Of a stretch of DNA of 64,000 bases, positions 13,625 to 27,786 are shown piece by piece. The position numbers and the translations under genes were made by a program. Location of the stretch: positions 1,318,733 through 1,382,732 of the forward strand of contig OZ199840.1 in assembly GCA_964304625.1 (NCBI GenBank), in the 5' to 3' direction. This stretch comes from Kudoa neothunni. Lineage: Eukaryota; Animalia; Cnidaria. The notes under the pieces were generated by a model. The model did not search any database and was not told the origin of the DNA. It was given only the letters and a program-made list of their open reading frames with translations. Numbering within the stretch: the stretch's first letter is position 1; every line of letters begins with the position of its first letter.

Positions 13625-15711
13625 TATTGGATTGGTTGCAAATACTCTCCTCTAACTACGTCTCATACCATCACGATCAAACACCGTAATTTACTTGTAT
13701 GTGTTGATGAGGAATCGCAAAAAATCACTATTTCAAACCTGTTTAAATTAACCCGATTATTTTTTCTTCTAATTCTAAAACGGCTATGTTATTTGAACAA
13801 TAGCACTAGGTGCGATAAAGCATCCCTATGGAAACTGCTGTAAACAAAACAATGTGATTACGCGAAAAACACCACCACCTACGTTTATCAAATACATCCT
13901 TATAACCAAATATAATGATATAATTTTTCCAATCATTGCTGTAATTTGGGATTATCGTGATTACCTACTCAACCCCTCCAAAAATGTATCGATTAATTAA
14001 GTGTGCTTGTAACTTGGATACTAAGCGATATTTACTTTACTTATCGTAACCAAGATTATTTAGGCATTATAACCTTTTTATAACCTATCGATCAGCAGTA
14101 TCCTATGTAAAACCAATAGTGGATACGATTTTCGAATGATCATTAATTTATTGGATTTGTGGCTCCTAAGCTAAAAAATCTAGATGACCAATATTTTTTA
14201 GCTACCAAGAACATCTAATATCCTCTTGATCCGCTAAAACTAAACTCTAGTAGTTAATCAAATTAGGATCGGCATCTCTGTAGCGCTTGTTGAACTGAAA
14301 ACGTCGGGCGTTATTAAATAAATACCGTTGCTATGGTAATCTCAGACCTAAGTTACATAACATTATTTCGTTTATATACTTGGATCAATGTTTTAGTGGG
14401 TCGAATTTTTAATAAATTATTTGAATTTAGAATAAGATTAAAAAGAATTTTTAATTGTATAAATCAATAAATCAAAAAGAAATATAAAATTTTGTTTGTT
14501 ATATGCATTTAAATTCAAACAAGTATTTGATATTTAAAAAAATAATATTATTTTTGATGATAAAATATTAAATTGTGAAAATACAAAAATAAAATAATTC
14601 ATTTTTATAATTATTTAACATACGTGATATTCGGATAAATAGCTTGGAATTACACTAATCATAAATTAAAGAAAAATTTAATTGTCCTAAACGAATAATT
14701 CTTTGCAACTTTATTAAAATACCGTTTTATTTTACAAATAATCTATCTCGATGTTTATTAATTTTAGAAAATGAGTAATTTTTAGGGGATCTTTAAATAA
14801 AAAAATAGCTGAAAGATTAATAGGAGCTATTTGTTATCTTTTAACCACAGTTAATGCTTTCCTTTACGGCAGGGGGAAATTACGCTTTTGCTGTTTTTTT
14901 CAAGGGTATTTTTGGGTTCCAGAGAAAATAGATTTTAAAGGTCCTCAGTTATTTCACTATTAAAAGGATGCTACTGTAAGAAATTTATAAATAAATAGTA
15001 AAAAAATCCATAACTCCATCTGTGAATTAAAATGAAAACACAAAACCATGATTAACAGGATCGAATGGGGTCAACGTCACGAAATCAAAACATAAATCTA
15101 AAAACATAGTGTGTGATGATATCATAGTAAGTCGAAAATTTAGTTTACTAAACTAAATTTAATAATAAATAGTATAGAATGAAGGGATATAGGCTCAATT
15201 AAACGATAACCCCTAAAAATTTTCAGGCAGGACCTAAATTAGAGATTAAAGCGAATGCGTGTTAATCTTATATAACACAGAAATCAATGGTTAAACCATT
15301 TTCATTTTTATATGATTGGTATTAAAAATTATTATACTCTCCTGGGTTTTTACTAATTATTTTTGTATATTTTGTATTTTTAAAGGGACACATTGAATAC
15401 AATAAATCATTTAAATGACTTATTTTGATTAAATTAATTTTTTGATTATCTGGGGTATTAAAACTAGAATCAAAAAAATGGTTTAATTTACATCATGTAA
15501 CTTCTATACGCATAATGCGCAGTATACTAATGTGGATATCAATAATTAATACACACATGATACGTTAATTACAATTATCTTCTCAAATTAAAAATCAACG
15601 ACCATTTTCCCTAACTTTTTTATAAAAAGTATTAATGGCGTCTCTTTTCCAGACAATTCCCGTTCATGTGTTCGTTCGTGCGTTTCGTGTGCGAGGATGA
15701 TGATAAAGTAT

Positions 15712-15797
15712 GCGGTGTAGCGGACGAGGGTCGAACCCATGACCCTCAAACCTAAAAGTGGCGAGACCTTATTACTTGACCATGGACCATAGCGCTG
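15712..15797 (-). ncRNA. tRNA(Lys,TTT)-like pseudogene or tRNA-derived SINE head
   Basis: Minus strand has an A-box-like TGGTCAAGTAATAAGG, anticodon-loop-like CTTTTAG and B-box GGTTCGACCC, but imperfect acceptor/anticodon stems and a duplicated TGGTC in the D region. Confidence 0.5.
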
Positions 15798-17389
15798 GCA
15801 CACGATTACGCACTATTATTATGTTGAGACACCACAGCGGCACCTAAAAACACCCTCTTGCGAATGTTTTTCGAATTTCTTTTTTCATGATTTTCCATGA
15901 TAAACAAAAAGAATGCGGAGGGCGAAAATTCAGCTCAAAATAATTACTTCTAAATTTTAAGAATTTTTCATCCACACACTGAATTTTTTTCGTTCCTTTC
16001 TTAGTTATTAACTCAATAATTATTTATTATTACTATTTAGATTTTTTTCTATTTAATTTGTTGTTGGAAATTAAGAATTTATGCAATTTTTATTATTAAA
16101 ACTAAGAAACCTAATTTTTTAAAATGACAATAGAAAACTGATTTACATTGCAGTATCTGTAATATAAAGAAAAAAAATATTAGGCTATATTTTGATTGTT
16201 TTTTAAGTAAGTTTTTGTGTATGTCAAAATTTAGTAGCAACAAATTCGGACCAATATACGAATCGAGAATATTACTAAGTGTAAATTCAATATCTTAACT
16301 AAGGTTATTATTTTGATCGATACACATATAATTGACTAAAACCAATAAATTTATAGAAATAACAATTTTTGGATTTTTAATAACAACATTTTTACGTTTA
16401 TCGAATGTTATACTAAACACACACCAAAAAATTCCTCTAATAAAGTAATAACTTCATATAATCAACCTTTAACTATTTACCTATTGAGATTAAATGTTTA
16501 TCTAAAATATAATGTTTATTTATTTTTAAAAAACTCATCAGTCCTAAGAATATTAAGAAAATGCATATTGAGAGCACGTGGTTGTCCTCGTTTTTAAACT
16601 ATTCATGATTAAAACCAACAAAAACATGTATGAATAAATCTGATATTGTAAAATTTATATTTATATGCTAAAAAATATGAAGAATAACCAGCTTATGAGT
16701 GATCATCAAAACAAATTAGACAACAATTCAATGTTTGTTGAAAAAAGATGGAGATTGCATGTGTCCGACAGCGTTCGGATGAAAAATTCTTAAAGTTTAG
16801 AAGTTATTATTTCAAGATAAATTTTATCTCTTTCTTATTCATTTATTTTATTATGGAAAATCGTGAAAAAAAGATATTGGAAAAACATGCGCAAGCGTGC
16901 GTTTTTAGGTGCCGCATATTTTATCATTACCAACAAAATCTTAAATCTTAAGTATGAAATTAATATGAAATTGTAAGAGAAGAAAAATATGAGGAATTGA
17001 ATATAAACAATTACGATCTTTACCTTGATTTACTGGAATTTTTGAGGTATGTTACCCCATATGTCATAATTTCATATTTTATTACCAAATAAAAATTTGA
17101 TATCAGTGTTTTTTTCAAAGATAGTTAAATTGAGTTACGAAACAGAAGCTTGCTATATTAAGTTACGCTATAGTCAAATCTGTCTAAACATTTTTTAGAA
17201 TGGTAAAAATACTTCCAAACCCTAATTTTATAAGTCTAATAATTAGAAGCGAATTTTTGAAGTGGCTAAATTAGGTCTATTCAGTTTGCTTTTGAGATAA
17301 TGCAAAATAACACATAATAAAGAGATGGAGTGAATTAAATTTACTTCAGAAATATCTTATTTTTAGTATTATTAGTATAAACTACTAAT

Positions 17390-18880
17390 TTTCTTAACGT
17401 GTTTGGTTCAAGTCTATATTTAGACTTGGATAAAATTTTTCCAGCGTATGAAAACCCCCGTATTGACATTGAGCTGGTCGGCTGTACATGTTAGCTGCAA
17501 TTTTTTAAGATTTTCTTTCTTTGAGTTTTCCCAATAAATGAGCGGATTTTCTTAAACTTGGTTGACTTTTCTCGGATGTACAGTTGAATTTCTGATTGAA
17601 AATCTTCTCAGTCACTATCCAGTTCATAACATATTGAGTAGTTTTTCAAAGGTTGGGGGCTCTTTGGGATTTATTCTAAATTTTTTTTAATGTTTGTTAC
17701 AGGAAAAGATTTATCATCAAATTTGTTTTTTTAAATGGGTAATTTGGTTCAGCCATGCCAGACAAAAGCGACTCAACGTGGTTTGTCACAAAATTTAATT
17801 CTTTATTTTGCAGAATCACACTCAATGAATTTGAATTTTTTATAATTTGGTTGGAGAAAAGCTGCGATTTTATGGTTGATATCAATACATTGTGTGTATT
17901 CTTGTCCAATAAACTTTCCAAGTGCGTACAATAATTGCCCATAAGAGTTTCACGTTGCTTTTGAATCATTGCTTTGATACGATGAAATACAATAAACACC
18001 TAACGATATTGTAAAAAACGAAACTTAAACGAATTACAAAATGTGACGATGGTCTATTCACCTGCTTCAACTGATCAAAGAAATCGGAAAATATTTGAAA
18101 AATTCAGCTACAACAACACATTCGTTCTTGTCCAATCCGTCAAAGTATTTTTTAGCTGGATGATTTTTTGGCACACCCTCCAAACTATCGAAACCCGCCA
18201 TTAACGTCCTATATCGACCGCTGAGACCTCTCCATGGTCGCGTAGCTGAGCCCCATTGTATTTTCATTGGTAATTTTGACTGTAAATCTGCCGTTTTATG
18301 AACAGATCCGCAGAGTTTGTCAACATTCACCCTTAGTATGGATAAATCGGATGTGTTGTTTGTACTGAGATCCCAAGCTACACATAATAAACAAATCGAA
18401 ATTAGATCAGATTCGCTGAGTGAAAATTTACTACAAAATTCCGTGCAGATTTTATTTATATTTTCTGCAGTGTGTTTTACAGGAAAATAGATCATGTCAT
18501 ATTGGAAATGATGAAGGGTGACATTTTTAACAAAGAACACTGATATATCAATGAATGAATTGATTTTGATATTATCAGTCCAAATATCAAGGTTAGGCAC
18601 ATACTCATTCATGATTATTTTTTTAACGCATTTTTTGGATAAAATCTTAAGTCTAGCACTAGGTTCACTGAACATTCTGCCCAAGTTAAATGCAAAGTTT
18701 ATCATCTCTCTCTATAAACGGCGCACTTTCTGTTATTGTAAACGGGAAGGTCGTTTCAGCCACAAAATTAGCAATTTTAGTGTCAAACATTACCTGATCT
18801 GATACGCTTAGATTAACAATTGAGATGGGATACACTAAAATATTAAAGGGGTTAAAAAGATATTATAGACCTGCTTCAAC
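17390..18880 (-). CDS. Uncharacterised multi-exon protein-coding gene (ends uncertain; apparent 1-nt frameshifts in last exon)
   Basis: 212-aa and 100-aa ORFs with protein-like composition linked by short GT-AG introns; no confidently recognised domain. Confidence 0.55.
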
Positions 18881-19564
18881 AAACCTTACAAGTAAGTAGA
18901 ACAATGTGCATTTTAAAATTTAATTTATATAGATTTTTATTTGATGAGATTTCAACATAATTTGCGCGAGAGATAATTTTAATTGTTGAATCATACATGA
19001 AAAGAAATAACCTTTTCCATTAAAAAATTCACATTCGTATTATTGTATCAATTAAAATTTATATTCAGTTTTTTAACAAAATTTTGATAAAAACCGAAGA
19101 AAAACTTAATATGCAATAAAAATTCGTATCATCGCAATAATGTAAATTAATATGGTTAATCTTTAACTTAATTTAAGTTTTTTAGATTTCATTTTGTCTC
19201 TTAAAATACAACGTTAATATTGAATAAAATATGTAATATATTTCCTTACTCCCAAATTAAAAATAATTAATTAACAGGCGGAAGCCGATACTGTAATTTT
19301 CGTAAATGTATTCATTTGAATATATAAAGCAATAATATTAATTATACTAAAAATAAAATTAAAATAAAAAATGCTTATCTAAGATTCACTTTTATTCGAA
19401 TTTTACGAGGATCCTAATTTTTAGACCATTCCTATGTCAATATCTAAGTGATATTAGTAAAATTTTTGGAGTAAACCATATATTGGTGATTTTCAAATTT
19501 TGTTGGTTGATAAGAATGACTAATATTTTAAAATTCAAAAAAGTATTCCAAAATTTGGTACTAA

Positions 19565-19576
19565 TGCGCACGCGCA
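19565..19576. promoter_or_regulatory. NRF1/Erect-wing-type element TGCGCACGCGCA just upstream of the MRPL10 ATG
   Basis: Exact match to YGCGCAYGCGCR in CpG-poor, very AT-rich DNA, 11 nt before the predicted start codon. Confidence 0.5.
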
Positions 19577-19587
19577 ATTATTTTTAA

Positions 19588-20415
19588 ATGATCACTCGCC
19601 TATTCAAGCCAAATAAACTCACTCCAAAAAAGAATTTGTTTATAGAGAATTCCCTTAGAAATTTTTTTATGTTTTATGATCATCCATCTCCACCTAAAAG
19701 AGAGCGTAAATACAAATCACCGAATACGGTTGATGTAATTCGTTTTGTTTATGGAAAATGCTTATAATGGCCGTTCTAGGATGTTTTGCTGGAAAAGGAA
19801 CAAAAGGAAAACCAACACTATACTGATATAGTTGGAATAACGGAAAAGAATGGAAAACCATTCATGCGCTGTGTCGTTGTATTTGAAAATCATCTACTGC
19901 AAAACTACGAGTTGTATCATTTTTTTGGAGTGATGAAGCAAAATGGTTTGGTTGCTTCGTTTGTGCGGGCGCCAAGACTCCACGATCTCACCTCGACGGA
20001 CGATAATTTTCTAAGAATGGCCATCCTAAGTAGAGGAACCAAAGTGTTTGTCACATCGTTCGACCAAACCCAGGGTTTTTCGAACTCGTTATAACTTGTG
20101 GTAATTGATAATGATGTAGATCCCGTGGATGTTCTAAAAATTTGCTTAAAGACAGCCAAAATAGCTCCTCCATTGGCCCTAACCTCGTTGAATCCCTTTC
20201 CTTATAATAGACGGCTGGTTTTGGCTGGAGCTCGTTTAGATTATGGTGTTTACGATTCATTCCAGCTGGCTGAGTTTGCTGACCTACCATCAAAAGATGA
20301 GTTATTGGCCCAAACTTTCTCACTCATGAGTTCGTCTCTCAACGAACTAAGCAGTCATCTTCAAGATCCAATCAAAACGGCAGCATCTCATATATTATCT
20401 ATTAAAACCGAATAG
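19588..20415 (+). CDS. MRPL10: Mitochondrial ribosomal protein uL10m (introns ~19729-19780 and ~20075-20119)
   Basis: Basic presequence-like N-terminus MITRLFKPNKLTPKK; C-terminal L10 signature LVLAGARLDYGVYDSFQLAEFADLPSKDELLAQ. Confidence 0.85.
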
Positions 20416-21364
20416 TTTTTTTAATTTACACCATGTACCCATGATTTATTGTTGCTATCCATTTTTGCGATGTTTTATCTATTCTTTTGTAAAAAAATTT
20501 ATAATTTTGAATGTGCTAACTAATGATTAATAATATGCATTATTACGCGACGATTAATTCCTCAATTTGCTTTCTGCGTTAACGATTATTTATTTTTAAA
20601 TACTCTTAAATTCGATATTGCGTTGTAATTAAAATTTAGGACTACTTAAAAATTAGTCTGTCAATAAATGTGTTTATTGATTACATTTTTGCCCTATATA
20701 AATATTTTAAAAAAGGAAAAATAACTTTTTATTCGAGGTTAAATTATGATAATTGTAGTAAATTAGTGAATATCAAGCGTTGAACATGTTAACACCTCTG
20801 AATACGGAATACCCATCCACTTGTTCGGTACAGTAAATATTTAGAAAAATACGTAAAATTATATAATGATGTTTTAGTTAAGAATAATCCTAAAAAATTG
20901 AAATTTTATAATTTTGAACATGTCAGGGTTTGATGTGGAGGATATGCTAAAGTATTTTATAGCAGCAGAGTTGGCAGCTTTTTGGAGACATTTCAGAGGT
21001 TTTGTATAGGGTTTCAATATATAAGTGGTATTTTTTCGGTTAATTAAAAGATTCGAATTTTTAACGAAAAGGACGCAAATTAGAAATTTGTTTCCATTCT
21101 GTTTTAAAAAGTTATAAATGTGATTTATATAATACATCATGTAAACTATATATTTTTGGGCGGAATAGCTTATTAATCTCATGGAATACGTAAAATGCAA
21201 TTCTGATAAAACATACGCAGGAAAATTGAAATAAGAACTTATTTCAATTTTATTAGGTTTGAATGCTCACCAAAAACAGGTAACTCCTTATTCAGTTAGT
21301 TTTGAAGTTTTAAATAAAAGAAAAATTGAAAGTTAACAAAAACCCATCACTAAAACGTAATTAA

Positions 21365-24300
21365 CTAAGATTCTTGATCGTTCTGGGATTGATTAAGTTT
21401 TTTGGCGATCCATTCCTCAATGCGACTTTTAAGTTCGGGTTGTGGGATGACCATATCGATGGTGAGATGGGCACGATTGAAGGGGTCTTCTTCGGCACTT
21501 TTTGGATAGATAACCATAGTATAAATGTGTCAAGACAACAAATCATAAAATCTACCTTAGTAGTTGTCTAGTGATGGTGCTTCTATCAAGAATCATTTGC
21601 GATGACGGAAGTTTTACAGGATCTTTCATAATTTCACATGAAATGATATCCAAAAATTCTTCGGGGCACTAAAGTTTTAGCAAAAATAAAATATTATTTA
21701 AAAAAGTCCTAAAATACATCAGTGAGATCGAGTGAGGTAGACTTGTTCAAGTTATATATTTGTTTTGTTGTTTCTTGTATCGATTCGATGGATTTGATAA
21801 TGCGGAAGGGGCAGTGAACTTTTTTGAGGATAAAAATGGCTTTCGTAAAAAGACCAGGCGAGTAAGATCGCTCATCTTTGGCGACAGCTTCAACAAAAAC
21901 TTGTTCATTCTCAAAATTGGCGTAGATAATCGAAATGATCTTCAGTAATTTTTTGGGATCGAATTTGATCTCGGCCATATTTCGAACTTTCAACTGAGAT
22001 TGTTTGTTAGAAACCAATTGGAAATAGAAATAGTTTAGCATAGCCGCAAGTTTGTCTTTCATGGCCATTGTTAAAAAGGGTCTACAAAATTAGATTAAAT
22101 GCTGAACAAGTTAAGCTAGAATCAATCACCCCTTGATGTGTGTAGTGATACGTTTGAGTGTTTTGACGGTTTCAAAAGAAATGGTGTTGTATGAGGAGGC
22201 ACGTTCGATGGCTTCATCGAGTTCTTTTTGTTTCTATATGGATCAATTTAATTAAATTGATTTTTATTAGACCTATTTTTGAATTTCTCCTATACCAAAT
22301 CAACATCTTCCGAAGTGAGTTGTGACCATTGGCCGCTATCTTTTAAAGTTTCGATTTCTTTAATTTTGGCTGTATGCTTTTATTGATAATTAAAAGAAAC
22401 AATTGCACTATTGGACAACATTACCGACAAAGCTTCATCCAACAAGTAAGTGGCATCATTGGTGAGAAGGTTAATAAAGCGCAGGAAAAGTGGTAACTCT
22501 GTGCCATCGCATCTTTCGCTCTACACCAAGCAATAAACGATAATATTAATTGGAAATCGCCAAGGATCTAACGAAGCCTATACTTTAGCTCCAATTTCTT
22601 TGAGACGCTGCAGGAGAGGTGGTGTTCTCACAATCAGTCGAATCAGCATGTACATAACGTGTCGATACGCTATAAACAAAGAGTGAAGTTAACTCAAGTA
22701 AACGAGAAACATTGATCCATATGAATTAACACAAAACGGAGAAAAGTGTGGAATAAATACAGAATTTCTGATAGAAAGCACCAGCACGTCCCGTAAACTC
22801 GATATCAATAAAAATGTGTATGAGATTTTTGGGGAATATTTTGACGAGTAGTTGTGAGGCAAGGGATTTAGTATCTAGTGTTCTCTCGATCAAACTCACG
22901 TTTTCTTCTCCATAAGTTCCCGCCATAGGAATTTTATTAAGATAGGAGAGGGTTTTTGCCATTTTCGCTCTACGATGCGGATTTTGTAGGAGGTTTGTGT
23001 TGCCCATCATTGTAGAAATAAAAATGATGATAGGTTGGATAAGGTTATCACAGTCGGTCGAGTATTCATCACTAAAAATGACACAGAGGGTGTCAGACAT
23101 TATTCATGTGATTCAGTTACCTGAGCAAATCGGTTATTGTGGCTATATCCTCAACGAACGAATCTGGCATACAATAGGTGATATCAGGGGCCTAAAGCGA
23201 GGTAACAATGAAAATAAATAACTGTCTTAATCATAGAGAATCGCAATAAATATATCATAATGTTATGATATGTGAAAATTAAGATATGAAATTAACAAAA
23301 AATTAAAAAATAAAAGTTTAATGCAAAAATATGAAATAACTCCGTTCAATTACAAATAATTATGATCTTAAATAGAAATGATAGCATCATTTATTAATCC
23401 TCGAATATCTGGAGGTGGTGAATCAGCGCTTATTATAGCAATAGCGTTTACGAAATATTTTATTTATTTTTCCCTACGTGCATTTTATATTGTAATGTTG
23501 CTTTTAACAATACTTGAATAATGGAGTTATACGTTTAATTTTATTGCTTAAAATCAAAAAAAGAAAAAAGTTACACACATTCCTGAACATGTCCATCATA
23601 AATAATAACGTTAAGACAGGTAAAATATATAAAAGTCTTTCTACAGTAAAATAAAAATTATAAATGTACTTCGAAGCCAGGAATTTTTCTAAAATTCAGT
23701 TTTTTGTTTCTATAACAACCTGATTCTGTTGACTAATTTAGTCTGGCATGGGAGTCGCGCATTTTATAATAATAATTTTATTAAATTACATATCAAAAAA
23801 AGCAAGAAGTTACATATAATTGTTTAAAGTTTAATTTAGACCATACATATTTCTCATTCATAAATTAATTTATAAATTACGAATTAATATATTTAACATA
23901 TTTCTGTCGACGGGGAAAAAGATTTTATAACAAAATCATTTAATCTAAGAATATAACAAAACGAAAATGTGAAAAATGAAATAATAATAATACAGCAGTT
24001 TATTTCTATTTGTTCACGCTATTCAAAATATATACAATATATAATTACTGTTCTTCGCACATTCGTAAATAAACGTCACAAAAATGCCCCATTGATTTAT
24101 TTTTATTGAATTTATTATATTTCAAAATGTAAATAATTATATTTCTAACCTTAAGTGCAACAATTTTTATTATTTTAATACATTTTTGCATGTGGTCTCG
24201 GTGACCACCTCCAGGCCAGGTATTCGTGTAACTTTTTCCTAAGGTGTTCGCGGGTTAAACGAAAATTTTGTTGTGCACAATGAAATTAAAAATTAGTTTA

Positions 24301-27031
24301 AAGTGAGTAATCATAAGGAAAAATCTTATGCAACTTAGATAAAAAATAGGAGGTAATATTTTTCTTAGTTTTACGAATAATTAAGAAAACGTATCTTACC
24401 GTAAAAATAAACTTTACTTAATTTTTGAGTTTCTCATTATTCGTAATTATTATTGTTTTGACTTATAAAAAGCATTTTAAATTCATTATATCATACATAC
24501 GAATTATGGAGTTAGTTTTGAGGCGAAATCGCCGATATATGATTAAATAGGTATTGGCCCATTGTTATAAATTCAATTAAAAAACCAAGCGACTCCGTAG
24601 TAAAGTGTAAATTAGTACAGAGTATTAATATTATTACGAATAAAAGAAAGTTTGCCCTCCTTTAAAATAAATATAATACCTCCCCCTTGTTTTTGGATAC
24701 TTTGAAGTGTGTTTGTATTTTGGATTCCGCTTGGTCCGGTGTTTGATTTGGACGAGGTTGAAGAGAGGGAATAATGCGGAAATCAATGCATTCCAGCACA
24801 TACACTGCAAAAGCTGCACAATATTTCAACAATAATTGTTTCAGGGATGGATCAGCTAGCACAGTCTACAGTTGATTCAAAGAAAGTTAATAAGAATAGT
24901 GCGCTTCCATTGTATACGAATGAGAGTACCTTTTTGGCAAAGTTAAGAAAAAGTACATCCTCTCGTTGTTGTTGCGACCATTCATCGGAGTTCACATTCT
25001 AACAATATTAAACAGACTCCATTATATCAACATTAATCAAATACATTATCATAACTATTCACACTTTCGAAAAATTCTTGATACAACGGGATATACACTA
25101 AACCACAGAGCAAACGATATATATATATATATCAGCAACTAGTAGCGAAAATAAATGTACTAGCTTGAATAAGTCTTGAACAAAGAAAAATCCATTCGGT
25201 AAAAAATGATGGTGTTTGAGTGTAGGAATCGAGTATTCGTTGTTCGATCTCAGGAGGGCGTGGCAACATAGTGGATTCCTCATTCAATTGTAACTCGAAA
25301 TTAGTATACCCCTCGCCCGCGTTGTATTCGTGTTTCTTAATGCAGTAGCTGAAATCCAACTTGTCGCAAAACTTTCTGTAATCGTTTGACATAGGTTCGA
25401 ATATTATTAATGCCACATGCACCACGTTAATACTGAAACCAATAGAGGAGTAAAAGTTCATCGGATCGCGTTGTAACAACACTCCCAGCTAAACCAAAAA
25501 TCACTCTCATAAGATTTTGTAATAAATTAAAGTGATAGATTTACTTGGTTACGTTTAATGTTTCCTTCCACCGCCAATAGAAACCACACGAGTACTTTGT
25601 TGTAGTAAGGTTTTTTGGCGAGAATTCTCTTAAAAATCTACAACATATGACAAATGGCATATGATTAGGAACAATTAATAATAAGTCATGAAAACATGAT
25701 TGATACCATAGCACACTTAATGAGTAACTGGTGGACTTGTCGCTGTAGTGTGATAGCCGTATTGTAAATATCTCGAGTGTGGTTTATATTCTGAAAATGA
25801 ATCTTGATAGTTGTCATAATTAGTCGGTTTCAAAACAAACCAATATCAAATCAAAAAATTACAAGTGTCAAATCTTTAGATCTAGTAAACACTGAAGACT
25901 GAAGTAGTCTACCCATCAGTGTGGTGTTTTCTATCATTGCTCCAGTGGCTGTACCTCGCAATCGGTTGCATAAACCAAACCATAACGTATGGTCGGTGAG
26001 TATTCTCATTGTTAACTCTTCCTCTGTGTAAAGCAAGAGAATATCTGCAGCTGACATATAAAAAGAATCGTATATATTTGCCTCTTTGCTGCACATATCC
26101 AAACGTTTTCCTAATACTGACAATATAGTGTTGAATATTTCTTTCTATTTCAGTTATTGTAGAAAAATTCAATTAACAAACCCAAGCTGAGGTTATTGAT
26201 AATTACAATTTCGGAGTCTTGTGTAATCGACCTTCTAATATCTCTCAAATAAGAAATGACATGTGGTTCTATACAAACCAAATTCTATGTAATACACTCG
26301 TATATATGATAAATGTACTCTCCAAAATTCTACTCATGTATAACCAACGATGTTTGCCTTGTAAAAATATGTCCGGTTCGGTCAAAAATGTACTATATTT
26401 TTGATAATGACATATAGATATGTTTCGATTCATTTTCATGTAGAACAAATACTCACATTGAATATTGTATCACCAATTCTTGGCAATAATTCAAAATTTC
26501 ATCATTATAACAACTTTTGTGCAACTATGTTACAATTTAGTTCTGAGGGGGGGGGGCAATGCAAACAACAAAAATACCACCGACAGTGTGTTCTTCTCAC
26601 GATGGTTTAGTACATCCTCGTATACACCATACAGATAGATCAAACCATAGCTGAAACTTCTGTTGGCGTAATTTTGCAAATTGTGTACACCTATCAATCC
26701 CAATCTTTCCATCATGGCCTAGTTTTGCGATTTTCATTTTTTATTTATGTATGGAATAAATTAAAAAGCTTTTACAGTATCCATTTGATCTTTTGTTAAC
26801 CGCAATGGATCATTTTTTATGTCATTTGAGGCCAAAGATTCGGAAAAACTTGGTAAAAAAAACTTGTCGGTTTCATTCTCTTCACAACAACTTATAGATA
26901 TAATCTAATTGGAAATGAACTTACTATCTAGTGTAATTTTCAATATGTTGGACAACCATTTATGCTCTTGATCTTCTGTCTACAAAGTCCACATTTAGAA
27001 ATGCTGTCATACGCATAGAGAAACCTACCAT
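21365..27031 (-). CDS. UBE4A: Ubiquitin conjugation factor E4 A (Ufd2 core + U-box), many short introns plus one ~1.5 kb intron
   Basis: [46 protein letters not shown]...[20 protein letters not shown] and U-box [41 protein letters not shown]; DIEFTG and PLFLRF favour UBE4A over UBE4B. Confidence 0.92.
23228..24258. mobile_element. Degenerate piggyBac-type non-autonomous element inside the long UBE4A intron (23192-24679)
   Basis: Right end GGTGTTCGCGGGTTAA (GGG-TTAA terminus) with subterminal palindrome GTGGTCTCGGTGACCAC; left boundary is a guess. Confidence 0.4.
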
Positions 27032-27786
27032 TACTATTATATTTTAAAATTTGACTAGTAATTGTAATAAGGTTAAACCAAATTTAGATCAAGTGTTATC
27101 GTCGCTTCTCGATGAATTTATCTTGAGGTCGGCAACAGGACTATCAAAAGTGCTGTGCGCGTTCATTAACTGCATTCTAAGTACATTTCAATTTCGTGGC
27201 TTGGGAACCGTTATATTTTTTAGAATTCGATTTTGATACGAGTGAAAGTTCTTTAGGTTTGGATTATTTAGTTGAAACGCTGTTTACTTTTTATTAATCA
27301 AATTAAATCGCCTTTTCAGAGTTTCTCTCTTATGACTTTTCATCCTTTGTTGTATATTGGAAGTGATTTAGTGTCATTGAAATTAAATTATTACTTAGGA
27401 ATTGAGTCAGTTGAATTTTCATTGATATCGATTAAAATTCAATAGTTGCTCTTCTACACATACGTGTTTCCTTAACTCTTTCTGTTTAGCGTGCAATCTT
27501 TACAACACGAATGTTCTATCTAACTATATATTACTGTTGTTTGTGGTTGTAAAAAATTATAAATTTTATTAAAAAATAGATTTTAATGACATTTTATAAA
27601 AAACCAAAATAGATTCCAAATTAATTTGGAAAACGAGAGAATACGATGGATGATCTGATGATTGAATTATTACGTAGTAACTTTTGTAAAACAAATTCTG
27701 AACCAATTATTAATACTCACTCATAAATTTTAATTACATTTTTATGTAACAATGAACACAAAATTTGAAATTTATCTTGAGATGAA

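Noticed and set aside
15712-15797. Functional tRNA-Lys gene
   Set aside because: Acceptor and anticodon stems are broken and the D region has a duplication; kept only as pseudogene or SINE head.
20075-20119. In-frame TAA in MRPL10 suggesting readthrough or an alternative genetic code
   Set aside because: A 45-nt GT-AG intron removes it in frame, and other genes here end in TAA.
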